A DNA stretch of 24,000 nt from Dehalococcoidia bacterium (GTDB taxonomy: Bacteria > Chloroflexota > Dehalococcoidia > GIF9 > AB-539-J10): contig JAUWOR010000001.1 in NCBI GenBank assembly GCA_030612025.1, positions 151,790 to 175,789 on the forward strand, in the 5' to 3' direction. Shown in pieces: positions 1 to 8,645 of the stretch. The translations under genes were made by a program, and so were the position numbers. Below the pieces are notes generated by a model, which was not told where the DNA came from, did no database searches, and saw only the letters and a program-made list of their open reading frames with translations. Position 1 is the first letter of the stretch; every line of letters begins with the position of its first letter.

Positions 1-595
1 AATCTTTTAATTTCTGAAATATGCTCCTGCCCAACACAGGATTTATTCCCGCGGCTGGTTCGTCAAGAAGCAAAAGCGTCGGCTTAGCCATAAGCCCCCT
101 GGCAACTTCCAGAAGCTTTCTCTGTCCTCCAGAAAGCTCACCAGCAGGGGAAAAAGCCCATTGAGCCAGCTCCGCAAGCTCCAGGATATCTAGAGCTTCT
201 TGGATTAGTCCTTTTTCCTGCTCCTGCCACTTCCTCCTCAGGAAAAGGCTATTTAATAATCTATCGCCCTGGTGTCCACGTGCTGCCACCAGCATATTGT
301 CTAATACGCTCATTTGAAGAAAGAGGCGCGGCAATTGAAAGGCATTAACCAGCCCCAAAGCATAAATTTGGTGAGGAGCTAAGTTGCTGATGCAGTTACT
401 ATTGAAATAAATATTTCCCTGATCAGGTCTGTAGAGACCGAGGATGGTATTAAACAAGGTAGTCTTGCCACTGCCATTAGGTCCCACCAAGCCACAAATG
501 CCACCCTGTTTGACATCCAGGCTTACACCATTGACGGCATAAACGCCACCAAAATGCTTGCTAACTTCTTCTATCTTTAATAATGTTTCTTCCAT
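1..595 (-). CDS. livG: Branched-chain amino acid ABC transporter ATP-binding protein (LivG-like); 3' end lies outside the window
   Basis: Absent from the ORF track because it is open at the window edge. My minus-strand translation from ATG 593-595 gives MEETLLKIEEVSKHFGGVYAVNGVSLDVKQGGICGLVGPNGSGKTTLFN (Walker A), then ...LSGGQRKLLEVARGLMAKPTLLLLDEPAAGINP (ABC signature and Walker B). It lies directly downstream of livH-livM. An alternative in-frame ATG sits at 605-607. Confidence 0.85.
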   Translation of the reverse strand, partial: MEETLLKIEEVSKHFGGVYAVNGVSLDVKQGGICGLVGPNGSGKTTLFNTILGLYRPDQGNIYFNSNCISNLAPHQIYALGLVNAFQLPRLFLQMSVLDNMLVAARGHQGDRLLNSLFLRRKWQEQEKGLIQEALDILELAELAQWAFSPAGELSGGQRKLLEVARGLMAKPTLLLLDEPAAGINPVLGRSIFQKLKD

Positions 596-694
596 ATAAA
601 TCGCCATGACCTTGCCAATTTTCGTCTGTCGGGATGCATGCTATCAAGATGGATGAGATTATATCGCTAAAACTTCTTTATATCTAGCCCCTTT

Positions 695-775
695 TTACAG
701 GGGCCATATAAAGACAAAGAGACGAATACCAAAGTGCTTGCTAACTTCCCTTATTTTTAGTAGCGCTTCTTTCAT
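695..775 (-). pseudogene. Relic 5' end of a livG-like gene (dead-end 26-codon ORF overlapping the livM 3' end)
   Basis: Minus-strand ATG at 773-775 reads MKEALLKIREVSKHFGIRLFVFIWPL*. The first 16 aa parallel the working LivG N-terminus MEETLLKIEEVSKHFG. The block 728-750 matches 549-571 with one mismatch. Confidence 0.4.
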
Positions 776-1685
776 AGCGAGCTAACTCTATTGCCTTTGT
801 CTTAATCCGGCTTTCCTTTAACAAACCCTGTGGTCGGTAAAGCAAAACAAAGATAATTAAAGCACCAAATAAAATATATTGCAAGCTACTGGGGTCAATG
901 GGCAAAACTAAATAATCCTTAGCCATATTCGCCCCTCGATCGAATAGCTCCACCAGCCCAGCACCTAACAATACTCCCCAGTTATTAGCTGGTCCTCCCA
1001 AAAGAACCATTATCCACACGGTAAAGGTAACCATAGGCATAAACATGCCAGGGAGGACGCACTGAAGATATTGAGCATAAAGCCCACCAGCTACTCCGGC
1101 TATAGCCGAACCTAACATAAGTGCTTGAGCTTTGTATTTAGCCCTATCCTTTCCCAATGCTTCAGCAGCTACCTCATCCTCCCTTATGGCTCGCATTGCC
1201 CTACCATAAGGGGAGTTGGCCAAAAGTTGAACCACGAGGAAACAGATAAACAAACAAAAATAGACCAGGCCTATATTCACTAGAGCGTCAACACGATGAG
1301 AGGCGCCCATCAGAGAAATAGCTGGTGAAACTGTTACCCCCCAATCACCCCCAGCAATCCAATCTTCAGATTTAACAATCAATCTCAAGATTTCACCAAA
1401 AGCTAAGACTACTATAGCTAAGTAATCCGCTCTCAACCTCAGAGCAGGCAAAGAAATAAGCAAGCCAAAAATAGCTGAGATTAAGGCGCCAGCGATAAGG
1501 CAAAGATAAAAGGGAAGACCAGTTTGAGACAGGAGGGCATAGGTGTAAGCACCAATGAGAAAGAAAGCCACCTTACCAAAATTGGCAAGCCCGGCAAAGC
1601 CAAACTCCAGGTTCAGGCTCAGAGCTACTATGCCAAAGATGCCAATATAGACAATAAGGTCGAGAACATAAAGTAGGGGATCCAA
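741..1685 (-). CDS. livM: Branched-chain amino acid ABC transporter permease (LivM-like)
   Basis: 314-aa polytopic membrane ORF of LivM type (e.g. ...LRLRADYLAIVVLAFGEILRLIV...), lying between LivH and LivG. There is a 1-nt gap to the livH stop. Confidence 0.85.
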   Translation of the reverse strand: MDPLLYVLDLIVYIGIFGIVALSLNLEFGFAGLANFGKVAFFLIGAYTYALLSQTGLPFYLCLIAGALISAIFGLLISLPALRLRADYLAIVVLAFGEILRLIVKSEDWIAGGDWGVTVSPAISLMGASHRVDALVNIGLVYFCLFICFLVVQLLANSPYGRAMRAIREDEVAAEALGKDRAKYKAQALMLGSAIAGVAGGLYAQYLQCVLPGMFMPMVTFTVWIMVLLGGPANNWGVLLGAGLVELFDRGANMAKDYLVLPIDPSSLQYILFGALIIFVLLYRPQGLLKESRIKTKAIELARYERSATKNKGS

Positions 1686-1686
1686 A

Positions 1687-2574
1687 TCAAGCTCTCCTAA
1701 ACAACATAGCTAATCCCTGCGGCCTCACAATTAGAGTTATTATCAAAATCAAGAAAGCTATACCTATACGATATGCCGTAGAAAGCCCCAGAGCTATCAA
1801 CCCTACCACCCCAATATTTTCAGCTAGTCCAATGATGAAGGCTGCGGCTATGGCACCATAAAAGTTGCCAATGCCGCCAAGTATAGCAACGGCGAACATA
1901 GGTAATATGATATCCCATCCCGTCATAGGCCAGATCTGGGTATCGGCAGCGCGAAATATGCCAGCAATGGCTGCCAGTCCGGCACCAATAAACCAGGTTA
2001 GCCAGATCACCCGGTCAACACTGATTCCCGAGGCCAAGGCAAGCTCTGGATTGCTAGAAGTCGCCCTTATTGCCTTGCCTATCTTGGTTTTCACCAAAAT
2101 AAAGTGCATGATAACTGCTAGAGCTAGGGCAGTAAAAATAAGCCATAGCCATAGACCAGTAACCCTTAGTGGACCTACAGCATAAGAAGACCAGGTAGTG
2201 GTAAAATACAAAGGTCTCCAAGTCCAAATGCCGCCAATGGAATGCCTCAGGATAAAGCCCAAGGCAATGGAAGCCACCATAAGGTGGATGATGGTAGCTC
2301 CCTTTTTGGCTAAAGGCTGGAAGATGCCACGGTAACATAAAAAACCCACTATCCCAGTGACCAAGAAGGCAACAATAAGAGCTGCTGGCAAACCTAACCC
2401 TAATTGCTCCGCCACAAAGTAGCCGATAAAAGCACCTAAGGTAATAAGCTCCGCATGGGCAAAATTGGGGAAATTAGACAGACCATAGGTTAAGGTAAGC
2501 CCTACCGCCCCAATGAGATAAAGGCTTCCCGTAATCACGGAATTAAATAGCACTTGTGCCCAGTTGACTGTCAT
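1687..2574 (-). CDS. livH: Branched-chain amino acid ABC transporter permease (LivH-like)
   Basis: 295-aa polytopic membrane ORF of LivH type (N-terminal ...LFNSVITGSLYLIGAVGLTLTYG...), first gene of the permease pair. Confidence 0.85.
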   Translation of the reverse strand: MTVNWAQVLFNSVITGSLYLIGAVGLTLTYGLSNFPNFAHAELITLGAFIGYFVAEQLGLGLPAALIVAFLVTGIVGFLCYRGIFQPLAKKGATIIHLMVASIALGFILRHSIGGIWTWRPLYFTTTWSSYAVGPLRVTGLWLWLIFTALALAVIMHFILVKTKIGKAIRATSSNPELALASGISVDRVIWLTWFIGAGLAAIAGIFRAADTQIWPMTGWDIILPMFAVAILGGIGNFYGAIAAAFIIGLAENIGVVGLIALGLSTAYRIGIAFLILIITLIVRPQGLAMLFRRA

Positions 2575-2576
2575 AG

Positions 2577-2647
2577 CTAGGGTAATAAATAAGATTTTAG
2601 CTCAGTTAAGTTGCTAATAGCCTCCTGATGGTCATCCCCAGCCCTAT
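2577..2647. repeat. Left copy of the 71-bp direct repeat (HAD 3' end)
   Basis: Manual alignment with 10185-10255 at a constant offset of 7608 nt gives 66/71 identical. Mismatches are at 2577, 2582, 2621, 2640 and 2643. Similarity decays immediately beyond 2647. Confidence 0.85.
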
Positions 2648-2714
2648 GGAGCCAGAAAGTGCCCTCAGGAGCCAAGTTTCCAGCCGTGGTCAACACGCTC
2701 CAAATATAACAAAG
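2577..2714 (-). pseudogene. Relic 3' end of a HAD-hydrolase gene (no 5' part), ending 2 nt before the livH start
   Basis: The minus-strand frame reads ...PEGTFWLHRAGDDHQEAISNLTELKSYLLP*. The intact HAD C-terminus at 10185 reads ...INAFHIDRAGDDHQESISNLTELKSYLLA*. The frame is closed upstream by TAA. Convincing homology covers only about 2577-2660. Confidence 0.55.
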
Positions 2715-2844
2715 TTACCACCAGCTTGAGTAGACAAGAGCAACACCCTGCTAGGTTACTTCCACAAAATTTGACCAAGAGCCTAGTTTTTCAAAGAATA
2801 TTTAGCAGTTTTCTCCACGATACATTAGCACACTTTTGGGCAAA

Positions 2845-3885
2845 TTAAATTAGGATTTTCCCGTTCTCTATAACTGCCTTGCCATCAAATTTCAGTGTTG
2901 GTTTTGGAATCACAAAGTCTTGATGGAGATCTGCTGTTACCTTCCCACCCATGTGCGAGCTGTCCCCTACCGCGATATGAACTGTTTCCCTTATTTTTTC
3001 TGCTTCAAGTACATTGTCAGGACGCCTTGCGTTGGGATTCGTGCCAATGCCCAGCTCGGCGCAATTTCTGCGGGAGAGATAAGGTTCCTCATTTTTCCCA
3101 CAGGCTAGCATCTCTCTGAACTCATTACCCACCTTACCCCCACTGATAACTTTTGTCACCTGCCCATCTTGGAAAACAAAGGTCATATCTTTTTCCAGAT
3201 TTGCGTACCAGCCTTTTTCCACCACCAAATTTCCATTCGTCGTCCCTTCCAGGGGCACAGAAAAAACCTCGCCAGAGGGCAGATTTCCAAAGGCACCTTT
3301 TTCGGTAAATATACCATCATCTATCAGCCCTTTTCTTCCTTCCAAGCTGAATCTTAGGTCTGTGCCGCCTGGGGATGTTACCGTGACCTCTCTTGCTTGG
3401 TCAACCAGTTTTGCTATCCTCTGGCATTCCTCGTGTACCTTGGTGAAGTCTGTCGCCATCGGCCCTCCGGGATAGAACATCTCGGGAAGAAACATAGGCA
3501 TGCTCGCAATGCGCGTGCCCGATTTGGTAGCGTTCTCTCGTGCTTCTGTATGGGAAAGTGAGTAACTCGTTATAGCAATGGCTACATCAGCTTCCTTCAA
3601 TTTTTCTTCTACTTCTTTTCCAGGCTCTGCGCCATGCCTTCCCACAGAGGGATAGGCGTAAAATTGCACCTTGCAACTTGGGAACTTCTCACCTGCTATC
3701 TCGCTCACCATCCTGGCGAGGAGGGACCTTTCCACCACTTCAGCAAGTTCTTTGCTTTCCTTCTTTACCCACTCCTCGGTGGTTGGCACATCTGTAATTA
3801 CAAGTAGCCTCTCACCACTTTTGACGCCCATATTCACTTTGAACATGTTTATCACACCTGGTGCAACTTTTTCCCTCTCTACCAT
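2845..3885 (-). CDS. M29-family (AmpS/PepS/NicX-like) metalloenzyme, annotated generically as an aminopeptidase-like protein
   Basis: 346-aa ORF with the family-typical C-terminal region ...AELGIGTNPNA...ETVHIAVGDSSHMGGKVTADLHQDFVI (H-x-D metal-ligand pattern). A strong SD (aggagg) lies 8 nt upstream of the ATG. The length is closer to the NicX-like dioxygenase branch than to ~410-aa aminopeptidases; that comparison is from memory. Confidence 0.75.
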   Translation of the reverse strand: MVEREKVAPGVINMFKVNMGVKSGERLLVITDVPTTEEWVKKESKELAEVVERSLLARMVSEIAGEKFPSCKVQFYAYPSVGRHGAEPGKEVEEKLKEADVAIAITSYSLSHTEARENATKSGTRIASMPMFLPEMFYPGGPMATDFTKVHEECQRIAKLVDQAREVTVTSPGGTDLRFSLEGRKGLIDDGIFTEKGAFGNLPSGEVFSVPLEGTTNGNLVVEKGWYANLEKDMTFVFQDGQVTKVISGGKVGNEFREMLACGKNEEPYLSRRNCAELGIGTNPNARRPDNVLEAEKIRETVHIAVGDSSHMGGKVTADLHQDFVIPKPTLKFDGKAVIENGKILI

Positions 3886-3889
3886 GTTA

Positions 3890-4207
3890 TCAGCCTCCTG
3901 TGCTTTTCAATTTATCAACAAAATCCAGGATTAAACTATCGAGAAACTTGATGAACTCGTCTTTATCGCCCATTACAGAATACTTGTTATCGTTTATTTT
4001 CTTTCTTATCTCCACCAAGAATTCATCCGCTATATCTGCCTCTTCAAGAATCTCAATTAATCTGCTCGCCCCGTCGATCAATCTGAATGGGCCATATAGC
4101 TTTGGTTCCTCAACACAGTTTCTTGCCGAGGTTACCAGAAAGGCGAGCAGATTAAAAAAATCACCTTTTAGTTGACCCTTATCTATTGTGCCAGTGGACG
4201 ACTTCAC
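3890..4207 (-). CDS. Small conserved hypothetical protein (resembles DUF6092-type proteins from memory; function unknown)
   Basis: 105-aa ORF with a GTG start preceded by ggggag. It overlaps the nitroreductase stop by 29 nt and ends 4 nt before the M29 start. The helical-looking segment FFNLLAFLVTSARNCVEEPKLYGPFRLIDGASRLIEIL is the basis of the family guess. Confidence 0.5.
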   Translation of the reverse strand: MKSSTGTIDKGQLKGDFFNLLAFLVTSARNCVEEPKLYGPFRLIDGASRLIEILEEADIADEFLVEIRKKINDNKYSVMGDKDEFIKFLDSLILDFVDKLKSTGG

Positions 4208-4694
4208 TAACTCCCCTTCTTCTTGGCGGTTTTGGTATCTTTTCAGGATAGCCCAATGTGATCAGCAGTTCTGGATTTATGTGCTCTGGCAGGTCAAATA
4301 ACCTCTTTATGGCACTTATGCCAAAAGACCTTACGGTGCAAGAACCGATTCCAAGGTCATGGCTAGCCAGCATGATGTTCTGGCTAGCCATGGAGATGTC
4401 CATTAGAGATAATGTGTCTCTGCCAAGTTCACCGCAAAGCTCATATGCTCTTTTCAAGTCCCTGCAGACGATTACTATCGCTGCCGGATTCCCAAATATC
4501 CCCGGCGAGAAAGTCTTTATCTTTTTGATGTCATCGTCATTCTCTACCACAATAAATTCCCACGCCTGGGCATTACCTCCAGAGGGAGACCAGATGGCAG
4601 CCTCCACTATCTTCTCAAGCTGTTCCTTGGGAATTTTTCTATCCTGGTAGCTTCTTACGCTTCTTCTCCCCTTTATGGCGTCAAAGGTTTTCAT
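4179..4694 (-). CDS. Nitroreductase-family flavoprotein
   Basis: MKTFDAIKGRRSVRSYQDRKIPKEQLEKIVEAAIWSPSGGNAQAWEFIVV is a classic nitroreductase N-terminus. I chose the start at ATG 4692-4694 (SD ggggga 7 nt upstream) rather than the track start at 4736. Confidence 0.8.
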   Translation of the reverse strand: MKTFDAIKGRRSVRSYQDRKIPKEQLEKIVEAAIWSPSGGNAQAWEFIVVENDDDIKKIKTFSPGIFGNPAAIVIVCRDLKRAYELCGELGRDTLSLMDISMASQNIMLASHDLGIGSCTVRSFGISAIKRLFDLPEHINPELLITLGYPEKIPKPPRRRGVSEVVHWHNR

Positions 4695-4728
4695 TAAATT
4701 CCCCCATGTGCCCAAGAAAAGGGTGAGT

Positions 4729-5130
4729 TTACACAATCAGTCGTGCTTTGGCCTCTCTTACTGCCTTGTAGAGGTTGAAAATGCTCCACAAAAGTGTAAC
4801 TAGACAAACCGCGAACGCTACGTATGGAACTGCCGTCCCTACACCTTCAGTGAAGAAAGGAGCCAAAAACATAGCACATCCAGTAAGCCCCAATGAGAGC
4901 ACAATCCAGTTATGCTGTACGCATTTATTGCCAAGCTCCCATAAATCTTCTTCCTTGCTAATGCGCGGGAATATCAATGCCATACCTACCAACTGGATTA
5001 TACCTATCGCCAGATAGACAATCCCGGTAAAGACGTTTTGAGACCATGCCACGGCTGCCAATACCAAAAGCACAATGGGAAAAATCAGGATTATGCCACT
5101 GGAAATTTTTACATATCTTTTGAATTCCAT
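4729..5130 (-). CDS. Small 4-TM membrane protein of unknown function, immediately downstream of the permease
   Basis: 133-aa ORF with four hydrophobic spans. Its start is 6 nt after the NCS1 stop, suggesting co-transcription. Confidence 0.6.
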   Translation of the reverse strand: MEFKRYVKISSGIILIFPIVLLVLAAVAWSQNVFTGIVYLAIGIIQLVGMALIFPRISKEEDLWELGNKCVQHNWIVLSLGLTGCAMFLAPFFTEGVGTAVPYVAFAVCLVTLLWSIFNLYKAVREAKARLIV

Positions 5131-5136
5131 TCTATA

Positions 5137-6504
5137 TCACGCTCCTGTCTTGTCTATTGTGTGTTCTCCCAGATCCATCTTTGCGCCAGCTTTGTCGCAT
5201 GCGATGGCAATTACAATGTAAAGCACCACTCCAAGTATCAAGCAAGTAAGGCACATTATTCCCCAACTTTCAGGTATAACCCATTTACCTAGCACCGTTG
5301 CCAGAATAGCTGAAAACCATCCAATCCAGTTTACCTTACCAAATTTCATGCCTGGCTGGAACTGATATCTCTCTCTAAGAGGCACTCCTTTGTACCAGCG
5401 GTACAACCAAAAGTCAGCGATCAAAACTCCACCCGCCGCAGGCAGGAATGTTCCGAGGAGCGTCAAAAATGCCATGAAGGGGTCCATAGCCGCCCCCCAA
5501 ACACGTGCGATCACTGCCGCTAGCGCTACGCCTATTGCCCCGGCAATGAGGACGATGTACTTCCTTTGAATGGGTAACCATAGATTTATAGCTAGGGAGG
5601 TGCTATATATATTGTTGTCATTGGTTGACCATTGCCCTAGAATCGCCATCAGGAATGCACCGATACCGGCTCCGGCAGCAAGCAACGCCCCGGCAATATT
5701 CGCCTCACCTGTTACCAAGGTTATCGCGGCTGCCCCTGAAAGCATGTAAACCTGCAAAATCATAAGTTGAATTGTCCATGCTGCAGCACCATGCCAAATC
5801 TTTTTCGCGAACCGACAGATATCGGCTGTAATGATAGCTCCCACAACATACATACCGACAACTTCGGTCACACCTACACCAAAGGGAACTGGGCTTACTG
5901 GTGCGATACTGGCAAGTCCGGCGAAGCCGCCCCCCTGTTGCACGCCTATCATGACTCCGAAGCCTGCGAGCAACATAAAGAAAGGGACCGCTAAATAACT
6001 GAAAAATGCCAGACCTCTAAAACCGATGTAGGCTGTAATTAGCATTAATATGCCGCCCCATATTGAGGCCCAAAACACAGTAGCCCACGGTGCCTCGGGG
6101 AAAATGGTGCTCATGATAACGCCAAACAGCCACGTCTGTACAGTGAACCAACCAAGGGCAGGTATACCAGAAACAATTGTCCCCCACACTTGTGAACCTA
6201 CATTTCCAAATGCGGGTCTCAAGTTTACATATGTAGAGCATCTAGAGATTCCACCAATTGGAGCCGTAAGCCCTCCTATAACTGCCAATATCGCCGAACC
6301 CACAACCGCAACCCATATCGCATCCTTGAGATAAAACTGCAGACCGAGTACTGACCCTCCCCATAGCGCGGCGATACAACACAACACACCTGTATAGGTA
6401 TAAAACATGGTAAGAAGAGACCTAGTCTCTTTCTTTGGTACAGGCACCAGTGCGTAATCGCCATACTTATCTTCCCAGGGCCAAACTTCTTTATTCTTTC
6501 TCAT
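5137..6504 (-). CDS. NCS1-family permease (purine-cytosine / hydantoin-type transporter)
   Basis: 455-aa ORF with about 12 TM spans and a cytosine-permease-like layout (N-terminal ...ETRSLLTMFYTYTGVLCCIAALWGG...). It sits next to a hydantoin-type racemase. Confidence 0.85.
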   Translation of the reverse strand: MRKNKEVWPWEDKYGDYALVPVPKKETRSLLTMFYTYTGVLCCIAALWGGSVLGLQFYLKDAIWVAVVGSAILAVIGGLTAPIGGISRCSTYVNLRPAFGNVGSQVWGTIVSGIPALGWFTVQTWLFGVIMSTIFPEAPWATVFWASIWGGILMLITAYIGFRGLAFFSYLAVPFFMLLAGFGVMIGVQQGGGFAGLASIAPVSPVPFGVGVTEVVGMYVVGAIITADICRFAKKIWHGAAAWTIQLMILQVYMLSGAAAITLVTGEANIAGALLAAGAGIGAFLMAILGQWSTNDNNIYSTSLAINLWLPIQRKYIVLIAGAIGVALAAVIARVWGAAMDPFMAFLTLLGTFLPAAGGVLIADFWLYRWYKGVPLRERYQFQPGMKFGKVNWIGWFSAILATVLGKWVIPESWGIMCLTCLILGVVLYIVIAIACDKAGAKMDLGEHTIDKTGA

Positions 6505-6613
6505 GTTAACACCTCTTCAATTAGTTCTCGTTTTTCCCTTCCTTCCCTGACAGTCCCTTCACCATCTTAGTAGCTACCTATTATGTTTTTTATATCTACA
6601 TCTTAATCTATCA

Positions 6614-7345
6614 TCACAACCTCCCCAATATATTCCTTTCTTTATCCGGCGGAGGCATATATGTTTTTTTGCTCTGCTTCAAACCGAGGGCTATTAGCAT
6701 CTCGAGATATTTTACCGCGACTGCCACGGGATATATTACCGGGACTCCATAACCTTTCTTCTTCAGGGCGTCCGATAAATCATCTGCTACCCCAAGCATC
6801 CCTGTGCACCCTAAGACGATAGCATGCGCACCATCCTCCGCTATTGCCTTTATTGACTCGTCAACTAAAGCGCTTGTCAGCTTTTTGACATCCGTTAGAT
6901 CAAGAACTGGTATGTTAATAAATCTTACAGATGCCAGCTTGCTGCCCAATCCAACTTCCATAACCCTATTTTCGAAAACTGTCAATGCGTTCTCCAATAC
7001 GGTTACAATAGAGAATCTGTGTGCCAAATCCGCAGCACAAAGCATGGATATACTGCCAGGACCTACCACCGGGATATCAAGTTTTTCTCTCAGTGCATCC
7101 AGAGCAGGATCACACATACAGTCTGTAATTACCCCATCGAAACCATCGGACTGGGCCTTCTCTGCCACCTTTATGATTCCGGGAGCAACCAGCATCTCAT
7201 CATAGCTCGATTCTATCGATGCCGTCCCATATTCGATAGCTTCAACATCAATTTCTGTGCCTTTAGAGGCAAACTTTTCTACCTCTTCTCGAGTGGGTGC
7301 TACAAATTCTTTTGTCGTTACCGGCACTATTACCTTAATTTTCAT
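6614..7345 (-). CDS. Asp/Glu/hydantoin racemase family protein (hydantoin racemase-like)
   Basis: 243 aa with two catalytic-type cysteine motifs, ...GVITDCMCDPAL... and ...AIVLGCTGMLG..., at the spacing expected for hydantoin racemases. Confidence 0.8.
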   Translation of the reverse strand: MKIKVIVPVTTKEFVAPTREEVEKFASKGTEIDVEAIEYGTASIESSYDEMLVAPGIIKVAEKAQSDGFDGVITDCMCDPALDALREKLDIPVVGPGSISMLCAADLAHRFSIVTVLENALTVFENRVMEVGLGSKLASVRFINIPVLDLTDVKKLTSALVDESIKAIAEDGAHAIVLGCTGMLGVADDLSDALKKKGYGVPVIYPVAVAVKYLEMLIALGLKQSKKTYMPPPDKERNILGRL

Positions 7346-7428
7346 GCTGATTCATCCCTTGCTTGCTCTCCTGTTATCTTTTCACCTCAAATTCGTACTT
7401 CAACTCTATAGTAGGAAATAAGATATAA

Positions 7429-7453
7429 GAGGAAACTTCATGCAGTTTTCCTC
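7429..7453 (-). terminator. Putative intrinsic terminator after the second DUF917 gene
   Basis: The minus-strand RNA folds as GAGGAAA-N11-UUUCCUC (7-bp stem), starts 1 nt after the stop codon (7455-7457) and is followed by UUAUAUCUUAUUU. Confidence 0.45.
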
Positions 7454-7454
7454 A

Positions 7455-8492
7455 TTACCCTACCGGAACATACCCACCTTTATATCCGATACTTTCAAGG
7501 ACATGCTTAAATACTTGGAATCCTTCAGGCGGCCTCCACTTCTCGTGGGCTTTTTTCCCTATTACTGCTACATCCATTCCTTCCGCTACGTCCGCATTTG
7601 TAAGAGGTTCTCCATCTGTTCTCAACCAACAGATAGAGTCAGGCACTGTTACCAGTGGCTTGTCCTTTCTCCATGCCATCATATTCTCGTTTTTGTAGTC
7701 CACAATGATGTCTTCTACAAAGACCCTACCATAATCAAAGCCTGCCTTAACCTCTTCCGTCTTCTTGGCAATCTTCCCCCTGGCAAGTACAATACCATCT
7801 ATAGCTTCTGTTGCTGCCTCGACCACATCTCTTCCAGATGCTTTTGCTTCTCTTATACCTTTTCCCACTTTCTCTGCTAGCGACAGTGCACCTGGTATCA
7901 CCACCTCTTTAAGTTGTTTTCCTGTCATTAGATGACAGGCTAACCCAGCAGTCATACCAAATACTGTGGTTACCGCCCTGCCCAGCTCTTCACCCATGTA
8001 GGCATCAGTTACGTATAGAATGGCAGAATTCCCTTTTGAATCTGCCAGCGAAATTGGAGAAACAGGAATGCCGTGAATATAAAACATGGTCATTTCCAGT
8101 TCTGGTACCGCTCTTCCAGCACCATCACCGTCTACGACCGGCAAACCTTTAACAGCCCCCGCATGTAATGGAGTCACAGAATTAAAACCGCCCGTTTCTA
8201 CAGGAACCACGTAGTCTATTTTCTTGCCTGTCACCTCCGCCAATCTTTCCAGTGCGGGTACCTCTTCTCCCTTCCACCCTTCCTTAAGCAGGACAACAGG
8301 GGAGCCCATGCCAGCCACAACAGCCACCGCACTATCATCAGGTACGTCGCCCGGTTCAACCAAAATAACCTCTCTTATTTCTTCTACAAGTTGTAAACCT
8401 GTTCTTGAAGATCCACCTCCACCCGCCCCGAGTAGTGTTGCTCCTCTTATTATGTCCTCTATTTCTTGTTGGTGTAATATTCTCTTCATCAC
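7455..8492 (-). CDS. DUF917 family protein (paralogue B)
   Basis: Carries the DUF917 hallmarks GATLLGAGGGGS, VETGGFNSVTPL and VVDGDGAGRAVPELEMTMF. 345 aa. Confidence 0.8.
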   Translation of the reverse strand: MMKRILHQQEIEDIIRGATLLGAGGGGSSRTGLQLVEEIREVILVEPGDVPDDSAVAVVAGMGSPVVLLKEGWKGEEVPALERLAEVTGKKIDYVVPVETGGFNSVTPLHAGAVKGLPVVDGDGAGRAVPELEMTMFYIHGIPVSPISLADSKGNSAILYVTDAYMGEELGRAVTTVFGMTAGLACHLMTGKQLKEVVIPGALSLAEKVGKGIREAKASGRDVVEAATEAIDGIVLARGKIAKKTEEVKAGFDYGRVFVEDIIVDYKNENMMAWRKDKPLVTVPDSICWLRTDGEPLTNADVAEGMDVAVIGKKAHEKWRPPEGFQVFKHVLESIGYKGGYVPVG

Positions 8493-8645
8493 TTCCCTCC
8501 TTCAAGAAATATGCCTGTTTCGGTTTTAACATGAACACTAGAGTAAGTCAAGAGGGTGTACTCGTTCATTGATTAGTTACACTTTAGCTCCTTTCAACTT
8601 CAGCTTGGCATTAAATAAATTTTTCCTCGATATGCCTCACCCCCT

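Noticed and set aside
4695-4736. 14-codon N-terminal extension of the nitroreductase ORF (MCKLTLFLGTWGNL).
   Set aside because: The family-typical N-terminus starts at MKTFDAIKGRRSVRSY. A GGGGGA SD precedes that ATG, and the extension would overlap the upstream membrane-protein gene.
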